Shown here: positions 24,905-38,453 of the stretch, in pieces | How the letters are laid out: every line of letters begins with the position of its first letter | Position numbering within the stretch: position 1 is the first letter of the stretch | DNA from: Balanoglossus misakiensis | Taxonomy: Eukaryota; Animalia; Hemichordata | DNA: 64,000 bases | Direction of reading: 5' to 3' | NCBI GenBank assembly: GCA_040954595.2 | Contig: CM082595.2 | Span: forward strand, 767,690 to 831,689 | The notes under the pieces: generated by a model | Seen by the model: the letters and a program-made list of their open reading frames with translations, nothing else | Told to the model about the DNA's origin: nothing | The model's database searches: none | Made by a program: the position numbers and the translations under genes

Positions 24905-27556
24905 ATGGAAGAGTTTATCAAGTTCCCTGTAGTGACTTTGCTGCCCGTGTGTCTGATCTTGGTCGTTTTGTCTTTCACGTTTGTGTTGTACCCACACTTT
25001 CTGAGCGCTGTTTTGCGATGCTTGACGCCGGACAGACGACGACTCCCGCCGGGACCATGGGGATACCCTCTCGTGGGGTGTCTGTTGAGTGTTGATCACA
25101 AACTACCAAAGACCATGATGAGATGGGCGGAGAAATATGGCGATGTTTTCAGCGTGCGATTTGGCACGCAGACGTTCGTCGTGCTCAATAAGTTCGACAT
25201 GCACAAGAAGGCACTCAAAAAAGCTGAATTCGCGGGTCGACCTACTTACTCCCTTCTGAGAATGATTACTGGTGATCAAGGTCAGTAATATTCCCTGTTC
25301 ACATAAGTATCGATGTGTCGTCAGAAATGTTAGGTGAGAATCTACTAGAAACAAATTTGACAAAAAATATCGCTTGTTTTAACGTCTCCCTCTCCCCTCC
25401 CTCCCCTCCCCCCCCCCTCTGTCTCTCCTGTCACAGGTATTGCCTGTCAGCAGTATAATGATACATGGAAGGAACAGCGCAACTTCGTAGTGGAGGCATT
25501 CTACCGTCGCCTAGGAAACCAGACCATAGATGACCGCATCTCGAAAGAAACCGAAGCCCTGAGTAACGCCTTGAAAGAAAACCTTTCTAAGCCGATAGAC
25601 ATTTCAGTATATTTACAGAAAGCAGTAGGAAATGTCATTTCCTCGCTGTGTTTTGGTCAACGCTTTGAGTATGATGATCCGACGTTCATTCATCTTATGC
25701 AGATGTTTGACGACTTCAGCAAGAACATCGCGTCAACATCGATTGTCGACTTCTTCCCCGTACTGCGCAATTTCCACCTCTCGGTGTACAAGCGCGTCTT
25801 CCAGCCTTTCAATGCTATCCTGACCTACGCCAAGCAAGAGATCACAAAGCATCGAGAAGAGTTCGATCGCGATACCCCGAAAGACTTCATCGACGCATTT
25901 CTGGTCAGAATGGAACAAGACAGGCGTTTGGGCATGCGCAGTTCCTTCACGGATGAGAATCTGTCGCAGGGGGTCTTTGAGTTGTTCTTCGGCGGAATAA
26001 ACACAACCTTTTATTCTCTGACTTGGACGATCTGTTACATGGTCGTTTTTCCCGAAGTTCAAAGAAAGATCCACGAAGAAATGGACAGCGTCTTTGGAAG
26101 AAATGAAATGCCACCGGCGCTTGACAAGAAGATGCTTCCATACACAGATGCGGTGCTCCAGGAAATCTACCGACATGCCACTGTGGCCTGGATGGGGGGA
26201 CCACATGAGGTGAGCAGAGTAGAGCTATCTTCGGGGCGAGGAACTCTCTTTACGCTGTGCTGCATCATTGCAGATATTGCAGAAAAGATCGACCTCTATG
26301 TTTGTTTGGTTCTTGCAAAATGAAAGTGACCATGAAAGTGACGTCCATCTTTTCAGAAAGTTCAGTGCTTTGTGTTTTATGTGGGTCACCCTAGTCTACT
26401 AGTATTTATTTGAAGAGTTCATTGAAGGTCACTCAAAGTGCGACGCGTATACAGTGGTCTTTGAGCGAGGAAAACTAAGCATGTACTTATATAGGTCAGC
26501 CCCGTTTCCATGGTTTCCACTTCCCGTCAAAGTACCAACACAGTAATGGCTGAACATCGTTATATCACAGACTGATTGAGGGGGGGGACAGAAAAAGTTT
26601 GAAAAGTTTGCCAACAAATACGGTTGCGACACTTACCTTTTTTGCCACACATACCTGTTATGTACACGATAAAAAACAAAAGGATACAGTTCGATGGACG
26701 GTAGTGGGCAGGGTGCACGTCCACGATGATGACGTAATGATTACGGGCACGGGATGATGTCATCGGGCAGCTTAGACTATAAAATATGTCGTTATTGGCC
26801 ACCGCCTTTTCATCATTCAAAAAACACCAGCTTGACTTGATGACGACTGAAAAAAAAAGAAATGAGAATGAAAAAAAGCCGTGTTGGAGAAAAAGCCATA
26901 ACCAGAAAACTTTATACGTTTGAGTATACATAAGTATTTTCTACAAGAAACCGACCCCGCCCCTTAAAAATTGTCATTCTAAGAAAGTCTTCTCTTTCTC
27001 ACTATTCAGGCCAGTACAGATGTAGAATTCCATGGATACACAATTCCAAAAGGAACCACCATCTTTCTGAACCTCCTCTCTGTACACTATGACCCGAAGT
27101 ATTGGAAAAATCCCGAAGAATTTCGACCAGAGCGATTCCTTGATGACAACTACAATGTGAAAAACCCAGACGCCTATATCCCTTTCTCCATCGGTAAGTG
27201 ATCTGTTCAATCCATAGTATACGGCTCAGAAAGTGAGGTCCTTCGAATTCTGTGATCAAGTACAATAAAACTGCATGGCTTGTATACATTGCATTGTGTT
27301 TTACATACATCACAGCTATTTAATTACTATAGTTTTATCCCTAAATACGAAATCTATTTTATTCCCTTTAGGTCGACGAGAATGTATGGGCAAGAAGCTG
27401 GCAAATATGTCGTCATTTCTGATGTTTGCATCTCTCTTGAAGAATTTCACTTTCCAAGCGATTGACGAAGACCAAGTCCCGGATATCACAGAAGGGAAGT
27501 TCGGACCAGTGCACTTCCCACCAAAATACAAAGTCAAAGTAACACTTCGCCATTAA
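24905..27556 (+). CDS. Cytochrome P450, CYP2-clan-like (exons 24905-25280, 25437-26209, 27010-27193, 27372-27556)
   Basis: N-terminal TM anchor, PPGP hinge, WKEQR, EIYR (ExxR), FRPERF, heme motif FSIGRRECMG across the last intron; all introns GT-AG and in frame. Confidence 0.95.
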
Positions 27557-28189
27557 AGTTAAAGAGATCCTGTAATATCAATTCTCAAGTTGACTGTTGT
27601 GGATCATTGGCGTCAATCGTAGAAATTAAAATTGAATTGCGATAAATATCCTAGTAAAATAGAATACATGTAGATGTGAAAGTTCCTACGCAATTTTAAG
27701 TCATACATATTATTTATTCACATTTATCTCTTAGTTTATTTGTACATTGTTGTAGACTGATGTGCTGTTGTTTTTCAAAGAATATTAACACGAGACAATT
27801 TACAATCAATATCGCTTAAGTACTAATTGTACTAACGAAAACGATAAATAAAATTGGATTTCATTACAACAGATGTGCATTCGTCTTACGATTTTCTTCG
27901 GTCTTTATAGATGAGAAAAGAAATTTGCAGGCTACCGTGGATTGCCTGCTACTGTTTCTCTGATTTCTCACCAATTTTTTTCTCTCGGAAAATTGAAAGT
28001 TGGTCACTCGACACCCACTTGGAAAGATGAGACACTATGACGTCACTCGCCTACGCCATGACGTCTTCACGCTGAACATTACCGGAGTAGTTAATATTCA
28101 TGAGTTGAATGAACATAAAGGAAAGTATTCGAAAAGATGCATTAGCTGCATACAAAGAGCCGTAAAGAGACCCAGACAGCGTTGACAAG

Positions 28190-31003
28190 ATGAGCGTCCT
28201 TGCTGAGTGTTTCGAAGTCCACACCATACTGATTTTCCTCGTCACCTTTCTCCTGTACTTCTGTTTCATCAAGACGTCCAATGGGTCAAGTCGGTTACCC
28301 CCCGGCCCACGGGGACTCCCAGTTATCGGTCACCTCATCCAAATGGGTGAAAGGCCGCACATGAAATTCGCCAAATGGTCCAAGCAATTCGGTGACGTGT
28401 TCAGTATTCGCATGGGTGGTCATTTGGTGGTTGTGTTGAACGGCTACGATGCGGTCCGAGAGGCACTGTCTAAGAAGGCGACGTCATTCTCTGGTCGACC
28501 AGCTTGGATGAATCGGCGTTCCCTTGGCGACAGAGGTAAGACTACGATCGACCTTAAGACTGACAATCGGACACATATATGTTGTATTGGATATACAGTA
28601 TCATGGTCGGACATTTGACGAGGGTTACTTCCTCTGGGGTAGGGGAGATTGTTGAAGATTAATATCCGAATAAGACGTGGCAAACCGGAAATTGAACCGA
28701 CTTCATCTCGATTATATTACATACGCAATGACTGACGTAAACCCGAGACTTTTCTGGGTCGAAATTAAATTTGACATTTGCCCATGCAGCGAAACACTAC
28801 TAACTAATTTATTTCCCTTTTTCGTTGCCATGACTGTACAAGCTCATTTTCCCATTTTAATGAAACTCGGAACTGATTTTTTTCCGTGAGAATATCGACT
28901 TTACCATGAGCGAAACCCGTTGATCATGTTGATAGTGTCACATAGAAACTGACAACACTGAAATCAACTTTCACAACTGGGGTGATATAAATTGCGATTT
29001 TTTTCTTCTTCTTTATGAAATCATTACCACAAGAGCCATTTCGTTTGGTTATGGTTCTCTCTCATTATGTCCATGCACTGGATAAACGAGGTGAAAGTCT
29101 GTGTAACTTAATCTTCTATAATTCCGCGATGTTTGACCCCACCAGTTGAGGACGTAGGTCGCGGGGTCTTTAGCCTTCATTCCCATGTCTTCCAAGCTCA
29201 CACTAAAACCAAACTGAAGAGACAAACAAGCGGCAGCTGGGCTCCATTTATTTGTCTGAAACTCGTCCGGGGAAAGCCCGACATTTGACCGCTAACATTC
29301 CACTGCTTTGATTTACACCGGAGGTTCTAAGTCTTTGTGGTTCTTCCGGGCAATTCAGGATTCCAGTCGTGGGCATTCATGCATGTCCTACGATTGTTGT
29401 CATTATTCTCAGGCAACTGCACAATTGAAACAGCCAAGAGTGCGCATAATTGATCTGCACGTAACAGCGAGTGTGGAAAGTCGTATTCAAGTTAATATCA
29501 ACCCGTTCAGTTTTGGGAGATTTTTTTCCTTGTGCTTCAGCTTAATGCGATACTGTATATAGAGAGACAGAAAATTCTCACTGCTTTGTCCCTCCCTCCA
29601 TTTTATTTCTTCAGGCATCGTCAATACAACAGGCAAGCCATGGAAAGAGCAGCGCAAATTTGCTCTTCGAACTCTGCATAGTTTAGGAATGGGCAAAGAA
29701 GCTCTTGAAGAGGTCATGTTACAAGAAGTCGAGTTTGTCGTGAAAGCGTTCCAGGAGACAGAAGGCGAAATCTTCGATCCCAGTCACGTGCTCCAGAAGG
29801 CGATTTCCAATGTCATATCAACTGTCGTATTTGGTCATCGCTTCGATTATGAAGATGGATTCTTCTGCAAGTTACTGCAAGATATGGATAAGATGTTCGA
29901 AAACACAGTGGGTGCGCTGTTGATTGATCTCTTTCCCAAGCTTGTCCATATTGCGGGTTTAATAGACCCCGCCACTCCGAAGTTCAGAGCTTGCGTGAAA
30001 GCCTTGGAAGGGAAGATTGACGAATGCAAAGCTAGTAGTTCAACTGATTCCCTCGAAGATGGAGGTCGGAACAGCTTCATCAAGGCATATCTGGAGAACA
30101 TCGAAAACAACGCCGGGAACGAGGATTCGACTTTCAAAGATGACTATCATCTCTCTGAGGTTGTCATGGAGTTATTTTTCGGTGGGACTGACACATCCCT
30201 GACGACTTTGCAGTGGGCGTTTATGTTCATGCTGGAGAACCCGGATGTTCAAGAGAAAGTACAGGACGAAATCGATCGGGTTGTTGGCAGAGATCGACAG
30301 CCACGCTGGTCAGACAAATCCCAGATGCCCTATACAGAGGCAACTATCTTAGAATTCCAGCGAGTGAATCCAGTCCTGCCTCTGGCCGTGCCACATGCCA
30401 CAATAGAAGACATCGAATTTCGAGACTACTTCATCCCTAAAGGAACGATGGTCTTCATGAATTTGTATTCGGTGTCCAGAGATGAGCGCTACTGGAAAAA
30501 TCCTGCCGAATTCGATCCGGAACATTTTCTTAATGAAGATGGCGAGGTTGTGAAGAGTGACGTTTCACTTCCATTTTCCGCAGGTGAAGTGTTTTTTTTT
30601 AACTTTTCGCGCAAAAGTCGTTCATCCGCATCTTACAAGTGAAAGAAACAAAACGAAAGGGCCCCTGGGAAACCTTCAGCAACATGTACCGGTACACGTG
30701 GGCGATTGAATCGACGAGAGATCGAAATGAAAAAGTTTGAGAAAAAAAAAAACGTAGGGAACACGTACTAGCTAAACAACTGAATTTCTTGAGCAATAAC
30801 GTATATTCTCTTACCTTTCAGGTAGCCGTGAGTGTCTTGGTACTCAGCTCGCGAAACCAGAACTCTTCGTTTTTTTCACCCGTCTCTTACAGAAGTTCAC
30901 CTTCGCCAAAGTTGAAGAGTCAACGAAGCTGAACTTTGAAGGAGTCCTCTCAACTGTCTACCGCCCTCGTCCGTTCAAGCTACGAGTTATCAAGCGCGTT
31001 TGA
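28190..31003 (+). CDS. Cytochrome P450, CYP2-clan-like tandem paralog (exons 28190-28535, 29615-30583, 30822-31003)
   Basis: PPGPRGLPVIG, WKEQRKF, FFGGTDTS, EFQR, FDPEHF, heme motif FSAGSRECLG; GT-AG introns in frame. Confidence 0.95.
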
Positions 31004-32955
31004 ACTTGAAGATGCCACGACCAGCCTGAAATCCCTTGTAATGTTTACTCTTCGTCTGCATCCAGTAGGAAGTACCGATAACGCGATAGTACGATTCGAA
31101 ACCACGACCTATGGCTAGCTATGGGTGCCATTGCTCAGAACGCACGTGCACTGGCCACGTCATCGAATGTCACATACCTAAACAGCATATTGTATATGCA
31201 ACTGACACTTCAAAGGACGCAGCACTGTCATGAGACGTCTTAAGACATACGCCTATTCATTATTCCACTGTAATGTTTATCGGTGGCTGAAATATTGGTC
31301 CAAACACGGTCCCTCTCGTTCAATCATTCATATACACAGTAAACACAGCTGGGCAACAGCGCCCTCTATAGTCAGAAGCGCAAACACTATCAAACCAAGA
31401 TGGCGCTGAAATTTTTCGGACTCCTCAGGCCAGAGTTCATGTGCAAACTTTCGAATTAACAGAGCAATCTACTCCAAATTCATCAACAGTAACACTGGTT
31501 ATTACATGAGCAGGGTATTATAGTACTAATACATTATATAAGAATCTGAGTAGCAGTGTTGACCTCATGATTATACTGAACCAATGATAAGGGCTTGAAA
31601 TAAAAGTCGACACAAGAGATCTAAATGAATTGAACTTTATTTTCCTAAACAGACTGGAAGGATTCAAAAGTTGTACATAGTTCATTGTACAAATGATCAT
31701 CTTTTTTGACACGTCAATTTGCTCTGCTGACAGAAACATTACTGCTATAGGAGCATTACTTCTGCTCACATAGTGATGGTAGAGGTGGAGTAAATGTCAC
31801 AACTATCGAGTTGCTTGCCATTTTGGCTTTTGTTTCACATATATAACTGTGTGGAAGTTTGATATATACAATATTCAGAGTATTAAATCATTCAGCTGTA
31901 TGCCAGTGTTAAGTACTTACCTCAAATGTTTTGTGTTGAGTACAGCCATACTTGTGTGGTCACTATGAAAGCATGAATGATGCGTGCCTACAGAACTAGA
32001 TATGAAATTAATAATATTTCCAGATGTATGGCTGTATGAGGTGTGGCTGATTCTTGGGTGAAGTCAATGCTTTGTATATGAATGTGCTTTTATGAGTGTG
32101 CGGTATGCATGCAAGAGGTATCTGTGTGTATATGCATGAGTGTCACAGTACTGTAATGTGATTTGCAATGTGTACAAGTGTGCATGCACGCTACTACAAG
32201 ACTGGTACAACTATGTACACATACATATACAGTATTTATACATGCCTAAGCAATTTCTCAGCACAACCACATGTGTATATACCACACGACTGTAGCGTAC
32301 AATACAGTCTATGCACATAACATAACACACAATCAGACTCGCCAATGAAGTTGAAATAACCGATAACGACTCATTTATTCTCATATATCCAAACACCCCT
32401 GCACACATGATCTGTTATTTATACAATCGTGTCACACACATGACACCCTTACAGAATGATACAAGCACAAACAATCCTCAAAAAAATGTTTCATTCAAAC
32501 TTGCTTCGACTACTCTCATCTTAAACTCTCTGCGACACAACTCTATCAGCCAAACATTCTCTTCAGCCAAGGTTTCATTTTTACCTTATACAAATTTCCC
32601 TTTTTTTCTTTTGTCAGAGTCACTCTACGAGAATAGGGCATAGTTGAAGCAGGTTTCTTGGTTACAGTTTCTCAATGCTGAAAGATTTTAACTCTACATA
32701 AATAAAGGACCTAATATATTAGTTACTAGTTGAAATTATGAAAACAAATGAGTTAATACACACTACAATACGTCCATACCATCAATACTTCAATAACACT
32801 TCATTACAAAATTCAAAATTACCTTATTGTATCTTAAAGAATTTATGTTTTAAAAGTACAGCATCACTCATCAAAATCCACATACATAGCCATTCTTCCA
32901 GAAGTTCTATGCAACAAGAATGGGACAAACTCAACTTTCACAAAGAAAGATTTAA

Positions 32956-33227
32956 GGTCGTACGCACCTCAGGGAGTTTATCAGAACAATGAGAGTTACC
33001 AAAACCTTTCAATTCTTTGCTTCATTAAAGTTTGCGAAGTCTTGTTGACTGTTCACAGTCTTCTTTCATAAAAATCATTAAGGAGTTAAGAAAACAGAGA
33101 GATTGGCGGCCATTTTGAATTTTAAATTTGAGACAACAATTTGGCCCTCTCATTTTCATTTGAAATTGTCAGAGAGAATAGACCCAAGTTGCCTTGAGCA
33201 AAATAAGACTTCGAGGCACGTACTACC
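32956..33227. mobile_element. Degenerate non-autonomous DNA transposon (Kolobok-like MITE)
   Basis: TTAA on both sides; imperfect terminal inverted repeats ggtcgtacgcacctc ... gaggcacgtactacc. TTAA TSD with purine-purine termini matches Kolobok. Confidence 0.55.
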
Positions 33228-34679
33228 TTAACGAAAAATTCAAATATACAGCAATCTCACAATCGCAAAAGGTCAAACTCAATCACTGTCTTCTGCCAAG
33301 CAAACACTCGCTTAGGATCCAGTCTTCAAACCAGTAACACTCATCATCATCTCAGTCTCCCGCAACTGACCTCTGGACGACCCGTAATGACCCTTTTCGA
33401 ATCAGCATTCGTCAAGTTTCACACATCAAAATGGCAAAGGGTGAAATGAAACTGCAGCTTATCATAAATTTTAACAATATCATGGCAGTACACAAAATCC
33501 CCCAGGGCATTCAATACAATGCTGCATTATCACTATGAACATGGCCACTTTCAATGACAAAAGTTTAGATTTTGTATCTTACTCTAACCTTCAATGACAG
33601 AAAAACCCCTTTCTATATACAGTGGATAAATATGAATAAATGAGCTACGTGGTGATCCAGATAAATTATTTGTTTGTATTTCCAGTAATCACTCACCAGT
33701 ATCTCATATATACAACACTGGCAAATCTCATCCCCACTCTCACAGAGAAAGCAATCCTTTTTAGAGAACAGACAACCTTTCTTCCCATCAAACTTTTCCA
33801 GAGCAGACAAAACCCAATCAGTCCTTTCCGGAACAGACACTCTTTCTTTCCAGTATCCAAAGCAACCAGCTCTCGTATTTTTCTCTCCCCCATCAAACTC
33901 ATCCCACACTCCAAACTCAGTGAGAGGTGAACACTTATCACTTGCCAATGCTTTACACTCAGTATAAAAAATAAACAGAATATTCTCCCCAACACTTATA
34001 AGATACACCACAATCAAAAAGCATGTCAGTCTTTCATCAGATAACATCACACTGAAAAGTGACACATTCAACCTTAAACCACGTGAACTGTACTCTAGTA
34101 TTTTCACAAACTGTTCTAAATAAAATCAAACTGTGAGATTGGTATTTTAAAATTGACCTACACAAGAGGGAATTGGACTTGCGTTAATTTACAGCTAGCC
34201 TCTGCAGAGTTGAATTATTTCCCAGAACGTTTTATATAACTCTGACAAGATTCACGACAAAGTTATTGACTTACGTTCATACACAAAAACTCACAAACTG
34301 TTTCTCAAAAAATACATATAAAATCTTATCACACATACAATGTGCTCTTGATGGGCTTTAGTCTATCGTGGCATTTTAATTAAATTTAATCAGGGGAATT
34401 TAATGTTTAACATTTATGCTACCCCACTTAGATTTTTTTAGTACTATTTCATTTTGTTAGAATAGTTACGAGAATTTCAACTAAATTTGGAGTGATTATG
34501 ATGCACAAGATATGCAAAAGATATACATTAATGAAAGTGGATAATTTGAAATTTAGATTTCTACTTTACAGACTTTTCTGTACACATATGTGCTGAAACA
34601 CAAATTTTGTTTTCATTGAAATTATATACCTACAATTTTGGAAGGGAACAACTGAGCAGTGATTTCAAAGTTTGGTTGT

Positions 34680-37421
34680 CTACCATCCACCAGTTTTTCC
34701 CGTACCCTGACTGTAGAATCCCTCCCCCACTCCAACCTGTCCTCCCCCTCCTTGGTTCATGCTTCCATCCCCCATCCCTCCCTGGGGCCCTCCCCACCCC
34801 AGAGACTGCTGAGTTGACCCAAACCCTGTGTTCCCAGTGTTCTGTCCTTGTCCCTGTCCCTGGTTCTGACCACCCCCTTGGCCAGTGCCTTGCATACTTC
34901 CCATCATGCCTTGCATACCCATCATCCCCCAGCCGGACTGGCTGAGCGCTGCCTGGGCAGCAGCCACCATAGCCGGGTTGATCTGAAAACCACCCATGTT
35001 AATGGTACCTGGCATACCTGCACCCATACCTCCGGAATTTCCAGCACCCATTCCTTGGTTTCCACCTCCCATTCCTTGGTTAAATCCACCCTTACCGAAC
35101 CCACCTTGATTTGAATCTCGGTTTCCTGCAACAAAACAAAACACTTCCATGTCAATCACTGTCAAGCTCTCAACAAGCACTTGAAAGTTTCTGATGCGTA
35201 AGGCCTGTCCGTTCACCAAGCATTTGATCATGAGGACACCAGGTTCAGGAACCATGAAATAATGATGACTAGAGAAGCATTGAATGGTGCATTAAAGGCT
35301 TAACCCTTTCACCCCCAGTTCCCTCTTCAGAGGTCCAACCTTACTATAGAAAACAATAGGTTTGGACTGAACCATGCTGGTGAAAGGGTTAAAGAGTGCA
35401 TTCAAAGTCAATTGCTGTCTAAGCAAAGAACTCCACACATGCCAAGCAGGATTAAACAGTGAGCAGACTCTCTCTCTATTAAAAGCAGTTGCCATTTCTC
35501 TTTGTGAAAGTTGTGCAGGTGCCATGGAAGGACGAGAAGGCAAGCAGAGGAAGGAAAACAGGCAGTGTTTGAATTTTCTTGCAAATACAGGTTAAAATCT
35601 CTACCAATCATTAAAGGTAAAAGTCACCAATGTACTTTGTTGTCCACACCTAACCCCATTCTTGCAAGAAACTTCAGACCAAACTATTGATAAGTATACA
35701 ATGGGATTACACTTTACAGGAGACGGAGAGAATCCAGTAGAATATCAGAAGGGTTAGGGGGGGGGGGGGGTCACAAACACTAGTCTCCCTATCTTGACGA
35801 TTTGTTTTCTCCATACCCTCATTCATTCCGCAATACAGGTAGACCCAACCCATACCTTGATGGTCCTGTCCTTTCATTTGGCCGTATCCCATTTGAGCGC
35901 CTTTACCTTGCCCGTAGCTCTTTGGTTCTGCGTTGCTCACATGAACACTGTTACCCTTGATGATCAGGTCGTCTCCACACAGGCTCTGCGCCACGTCGGG
36001 GTCTGCGAATGTTACAAAGGCGAAATAACGGAACGGCTTCGGGATGAAGACGTCGACCACTTCTCCAAAAGTGGAAAAGTACTGGAACAGGTCTTCTTTG
36101 GTGATGTCTTCTGTCACTCTGCCTACAAACACTTTTCTGTTTGAATTAGGAAGTGACATATCTCCCTGGAAACAGAAAAAGGATTTTCACGTTATGCAAG
36201 TCACCAATGCTATTGCTTGGACACAGATGCAATGTATTATACCAGCACATCTGAGTCATTAAAATCATGTCAAGAAGGGAGCCAAATGTTTTTTCTCAAG
36301 TACTATTCAGAGGGATAATTTGCAAATTTGTAAAACACAGATTCAAGTGTCTAATTGCCCCAGATAACACTTAAAGGTAGAGTACTTTACCTTGGAATGT
36401 GGAATCTTGACATCACACCATCTGCCATCTATGCTGTGTCTCTGTGACATGACTTTACATTGTGTTTCATACTCTTTGAAACGGACAAATCCAAAACCTT
36501 TGGAGTTGCCTGTCTTGGGATCTTTTTTGACCTATAAAAAATAATGTATGAAGACACACATGGAAGTCAGATTTCTAAGGAACACTTAGCACTTCATCAC
36601 TCAATATCAACACAACAGTGAGCTCATAATCTATAGTAGTTAAACAACCTCTGTGAATTATTTTATCAGAGTTGCAAGATCACTCTACCTGTGCCATAAG
36701 TAATTCTCCAAACTGACTGAAGTATTCTTTGAGTTCATCTTCTGTAGTCTTCCAGGGTAGTCCGAGGACAATGAGATCTGTGCACTTTTGTTTATCTATC
36801 CTCCGTGTTTTCCCAACTGGTGTATCAAGGTTTTCTTCTGGTTTCCTTTTATTATCTGCAAGGGATATCAGGGATTCTTTATTTTTAGAAGTGGTAATGA
36901 AATGTACATGAATGAAATATACACGTAAGTTGAAAGTGAAACGAGCAGTTGACAAGATCCGGGTGCTCAGTAGTTACAAATGAATGATTGGTAACTGGTC
37001 AAGTCAACCCAAACAATTCGGCCTCGAGTGAAATGACAATACTTTGACAGACTCGATTGATGTATGGATATTCGTCGAAGCTATTATTATGCAAATTTAA
37101 AATACCCAGGTTGCACACGTGTGGTGGCACAAGCGAACTCATTTCAGTCGACGCATATTTATACTTTGAAGGCGTAAACTGACCTTTGGGGAAAACTGCT
37201 AGGTAGATAGTGTCACTCCACATGCCGTCTGGTGGGTGTATAACTCCGTCAACCACTCTCAAACCGCGCATACCACCAGAATCCGGGTTTCTATAACGAA
37301 GCCCACAAGAGCCTGGAAATTGTGAGAGAATCGTCGACATCAAAATGCTGCCATCGTGCTCCAATGGCATTTCAATTTCTTCCTCGCCCTCGTCTTCTGC
37401 AACACGAATGTATGCTGCCAT
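34680..37421 (-). CDS. TARDBP: TAR DNA-binding protein 43 (exons 37421-37184, 36855-36689, 36531-36391, 36165-35856, 35125-34680)
   Basis: [23 protein letters not shown]; RRM1 [28 protein letters not shown]; RRM2 [24 protein letters not shown]; conserved CTD helix [22 protein letters not shown] in a G/Q/N-rich tail. Confidence 0.98.
35304..35388. mobile_element. piggyBac-like miniature element in last TARDBP coding intron
   Basis: ttaa|ccctttcacc ... ggtgaaaggg|ttaa: TTAA duplication, CCC termini, 10-bp perfect TIR. Confidence 0.7.
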
Positions 37422-37859
37422 AGTTTGGTGTAGTTAGTGTCAAATATAATAAAGGACGGTGATTTTGTGGATAAACTAAGGGTTTCGGACTTCCTAAATT
37501 CCACAATATACAGGGTGCTAATTTCAAGATGGCGGAATGACGAGTTTTACCCACAAAGCACCGCGCAATGACAGGTTGCTGGTGTTTGAGGGCGCATATT
37601 GGAACTTTAAGTTTTTCTTTCGACTGTATGGTTCTTAAATCTTCATTTTTGGGCAAATAAAACTGAGCTGGGTGGCTGAGTATTGTTCTGGATTGAACTA
37701 ATGATATGTTGGACAGTATGAACAACGTTTTTTGATCATAATTTCACTGTCAAACAGTCCATGCCTCAGTGAGATTGTGTCCACTCCCCCCGAAATTGAA
37801 TGTTTTTGATGGAGTGGGGTGGTGAAATGACTTTTCTTAAGGCAATCTTCTCATTGATA

Positions 37860-37883
37860 GATCCATCCATCCATCCATCCATC
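37860..37883. repeat. (ATCC)n short microsatellite
   Basis: Directly visible. Confidence 0.85.
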
Positions 37884-38453
37884 TGTATATTTGAATCTCA
37901 TCAAATTCACAAGACGTTTATGATAAGCAAACCAGGAGAATTCTTCAGGATGCAATCAATCTTTTATTAACAAGGTACATTGTATCAGTATTAACCAAAA
38001 CAAAGTTGTAGGTCTCAAGGCGAAAAACAGATAACAGAAGACATCAAATCATCTTCTAAACTGAAAAATAATAATAATAGCTATGAAAATCATGATCAAA
38101 ATTCACAGAATCCAATCACCAAAAGTAATAAATCATCATACATTTCAAATGTTAAATTGTTCTCAGTTTATGGTTTCAAAACTCAACAATCAAACTGGTG
38201 GTTTGACTAGACCCTTGTATGAATTTAATTTATTTTTGAAAAGGCAAAACTTATTTGAGCTTCAACAAAATCTGTATGAATTCAAAAACACTTGTGAGTT
38301 ACAATTACCGGGTTCACATGTACTATGAATCATCTTTAACATACTGTGAATATCAAGCAATAGTTGATCCACTGTTATTATTGTGGGTTTTAGATTTTTA
38401 GCACAAACATTGTGAATCTACAAAAGCCTTCTTTACTGTCCGAGTGCAACACT

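Noticed and set aside
36560-36605. C-box/D-box pair (gtgatga...ctga) in a TARDBP intron
   Set aside because: Only ~35 nt from box C to box D, too short for a C/D snoRNA.
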